Shown: positions 33,525 to 34,822 of the stretch, piece after piece | How positions within the stretch are numbered: position 1 is the first letter of the stretch | How the letters are laid out: each line of letters starts with the position of its first letter | From: Intoshia linei | Taxonomy: Eukaryota > Animalia > Orthonectida | Direction of reading: 5' to 3' | Length of the DNA stretch: 34,822 bases | Assembly (NCBI GenBank): GCA_001642005.1 | Contig: LWCA01000275.1 | Coordinates: 1 to 34,822, forward strand | The notes under the pieces: generated by a model | What the model saw: the letters and a program-made list of their open reading frames with translations, nothing else | What the model was told of the DNA's origin: nothing | The model's database searches: none | Made by a program: the position numbers and the translations under genes

Positions 33525-33720
33525 TTTTTTACCGTAAAGGCGTTACTTTGTCAGATTAAATTTTTTGAGTTTATCAGCTGTATTTTTTTTTAAAATTTTT
33601 GAACTCTCCATTTTTTAGAATAGATAATCTGGGGTTTGATCTTAAAAATTCACATTTTTGAGTTTGAGATGTATGATAATGTTTATGATTTAAAAACTAT
33701 CCACCAATTTATGTTGTATA
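33525..33720 (+). repeat. Fragment of the Helitron-like repeat family
   Basis: TTTTACCGTAAAGGCGTTACTTTGTCAGAT..AGCTGTA..TAATCTGGGGTTT..ATAATGTTTATGA is colinear with about 10315-10530. Confidence 0.65.
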
Positions 33721-34368
33721 CCAGCGCTTCTTAACCTTTTTTCTTAAAAAAATATAGACCTACCAAGTGCTTGATCTCGAAAATTCTTGAGAAATCACAT
33801 TATTTTCAACAATATAACAATTTAGAAATCGAAAACACACATTTAAAAATGATCTTTTATAAAATTAATAATTTAACTTTATATCTGGCAACTCTGCCGT
33901 CTACGGGTCTGGGTTGTTAAGTAATGTACAAATTTTTGAATTTTTTTCGAAAATAGAATATAATAGTTACAATATAATTTAATTAATCATGGTGTATATA
34001 AAAATCGCTTACAGTAGCGAATTGGTCAAAAATTTCTTGAGGAACATTTTTCATTTTTGTCAGTTCTCTGTAAAATTCGTTACAATATTTGGTTCTCATA
34101 GTCAACTTGTTAATGTCTATGAGTGTTTCTATTCCATCTAAAATATTAAGAATTAAAATTTAAATGGAATGAAACCCTTATTGTTGTTTTCCGTAAATAA
34201 TTCACACACATATTGGTCTATATTTATTTTCGATAATTCATCATCATACTGGATATACTCTAAATAAGTTAATTTGCAATGAGTTTTTGCTTGAAATTCT
34301 CTGTACATTGATAAATTTATTTTTTCCTCGTGATCTCTAAAGTTTTCATGAATCCAATAAAAAATTTA

Positions 34369-34822
34369 TTACACACTATCCGCTATTGGGTCAGTATCAA
34401 CTTGACACTGAATAAATCCACATTTTTGAAAACAATCTATGATTGTTTTTTCTTTTACATTTTTCAAACACCTTGATATAATGTTCATGGAATCAATCAG
34501 ATTAATATGTTTTAAATTTTTTTCATCGTTTATATTCATATGTGTAAGCAAGTATTTCACAATACTTTTTCGATAATACTGCTTTACATATTTAGTGATT
34601 CCAGCGTCCAACGGTTGCGTTAAGTTTGCAGTGTTTTTCGGGAGAAAATGTAGCTTAGTGTTTTTTAAGTTCAATTTTTCGTTAAAATATGCACTACTGT
34701 GAGATAAGCCATTGTTCACAAATAACAGAACTTTTCTGTTTTCGGATGTCATTTTTTTATCGAATGTTATCACCCAATCACAAAATATCATCACAGTCAT
34801 GCAAGACTTTTCATTCGATTTG
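34369..34822 (-). mobile_element. pogo/Tigger (CENP-B-like, DDE_1) transposase fragment, truncated by the window edge
   Basis: RKVLLFVNNGLSH...LHFLPKNTANLTQPLDAGITKYVKQYYRK...TIIDCFQKCGF. The LLxDN motif reads VNN here. Confidence 0.85.

Overview
Very AT-rich eukaryotic (animal-type) genomic DNA with many tiny spliceosomal introns (mostly about 31-50 nt); the larger introns are filled with DNA-transposon debris. This fits a compact invertebrate genome. An orthonectid such as Intoshia is one possibility, but that is inference only. The ORF track shows only exon fragments, so genes were spliced by hand. Eight protein genes were reconstructed: NME7 (+), SmD2/SNRPD2 (-), a ~30-exon long-form ABCC/MRP transporter (+), an LCAT/PLA2G15-family lipase (+), a two-SH3 adaptor (+), SDHAF2 (-), a PKMYT1-like kinase (+) and ATP synthase subunit g (-). 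Mobile DNA includes a complete non-autonomous hAT element with an 8-bp TSD, two complementary halves of a Chapaev3 (CMC) transposon on opposite strands, a pogo/Tigger DDE fragment, several orphan hAT-like MITE ends, and at least 7 fragments of a Helitron-like repeat with ~130-bp internal units. There is also a tRNA-Ser 3' half. The best leads are: an intact Chapaev3 zinc-finger ORF that could splice in frame onto an orphan furin-like Cys-rich exon; loss of the catalytic His region in the first NDK domain of NME7; a hydrophobic C-terminal tail on the lipase; and a speculative 68-aa membrane micropeptide gene. No bacterial-style system (CRISPR, operon) is present.
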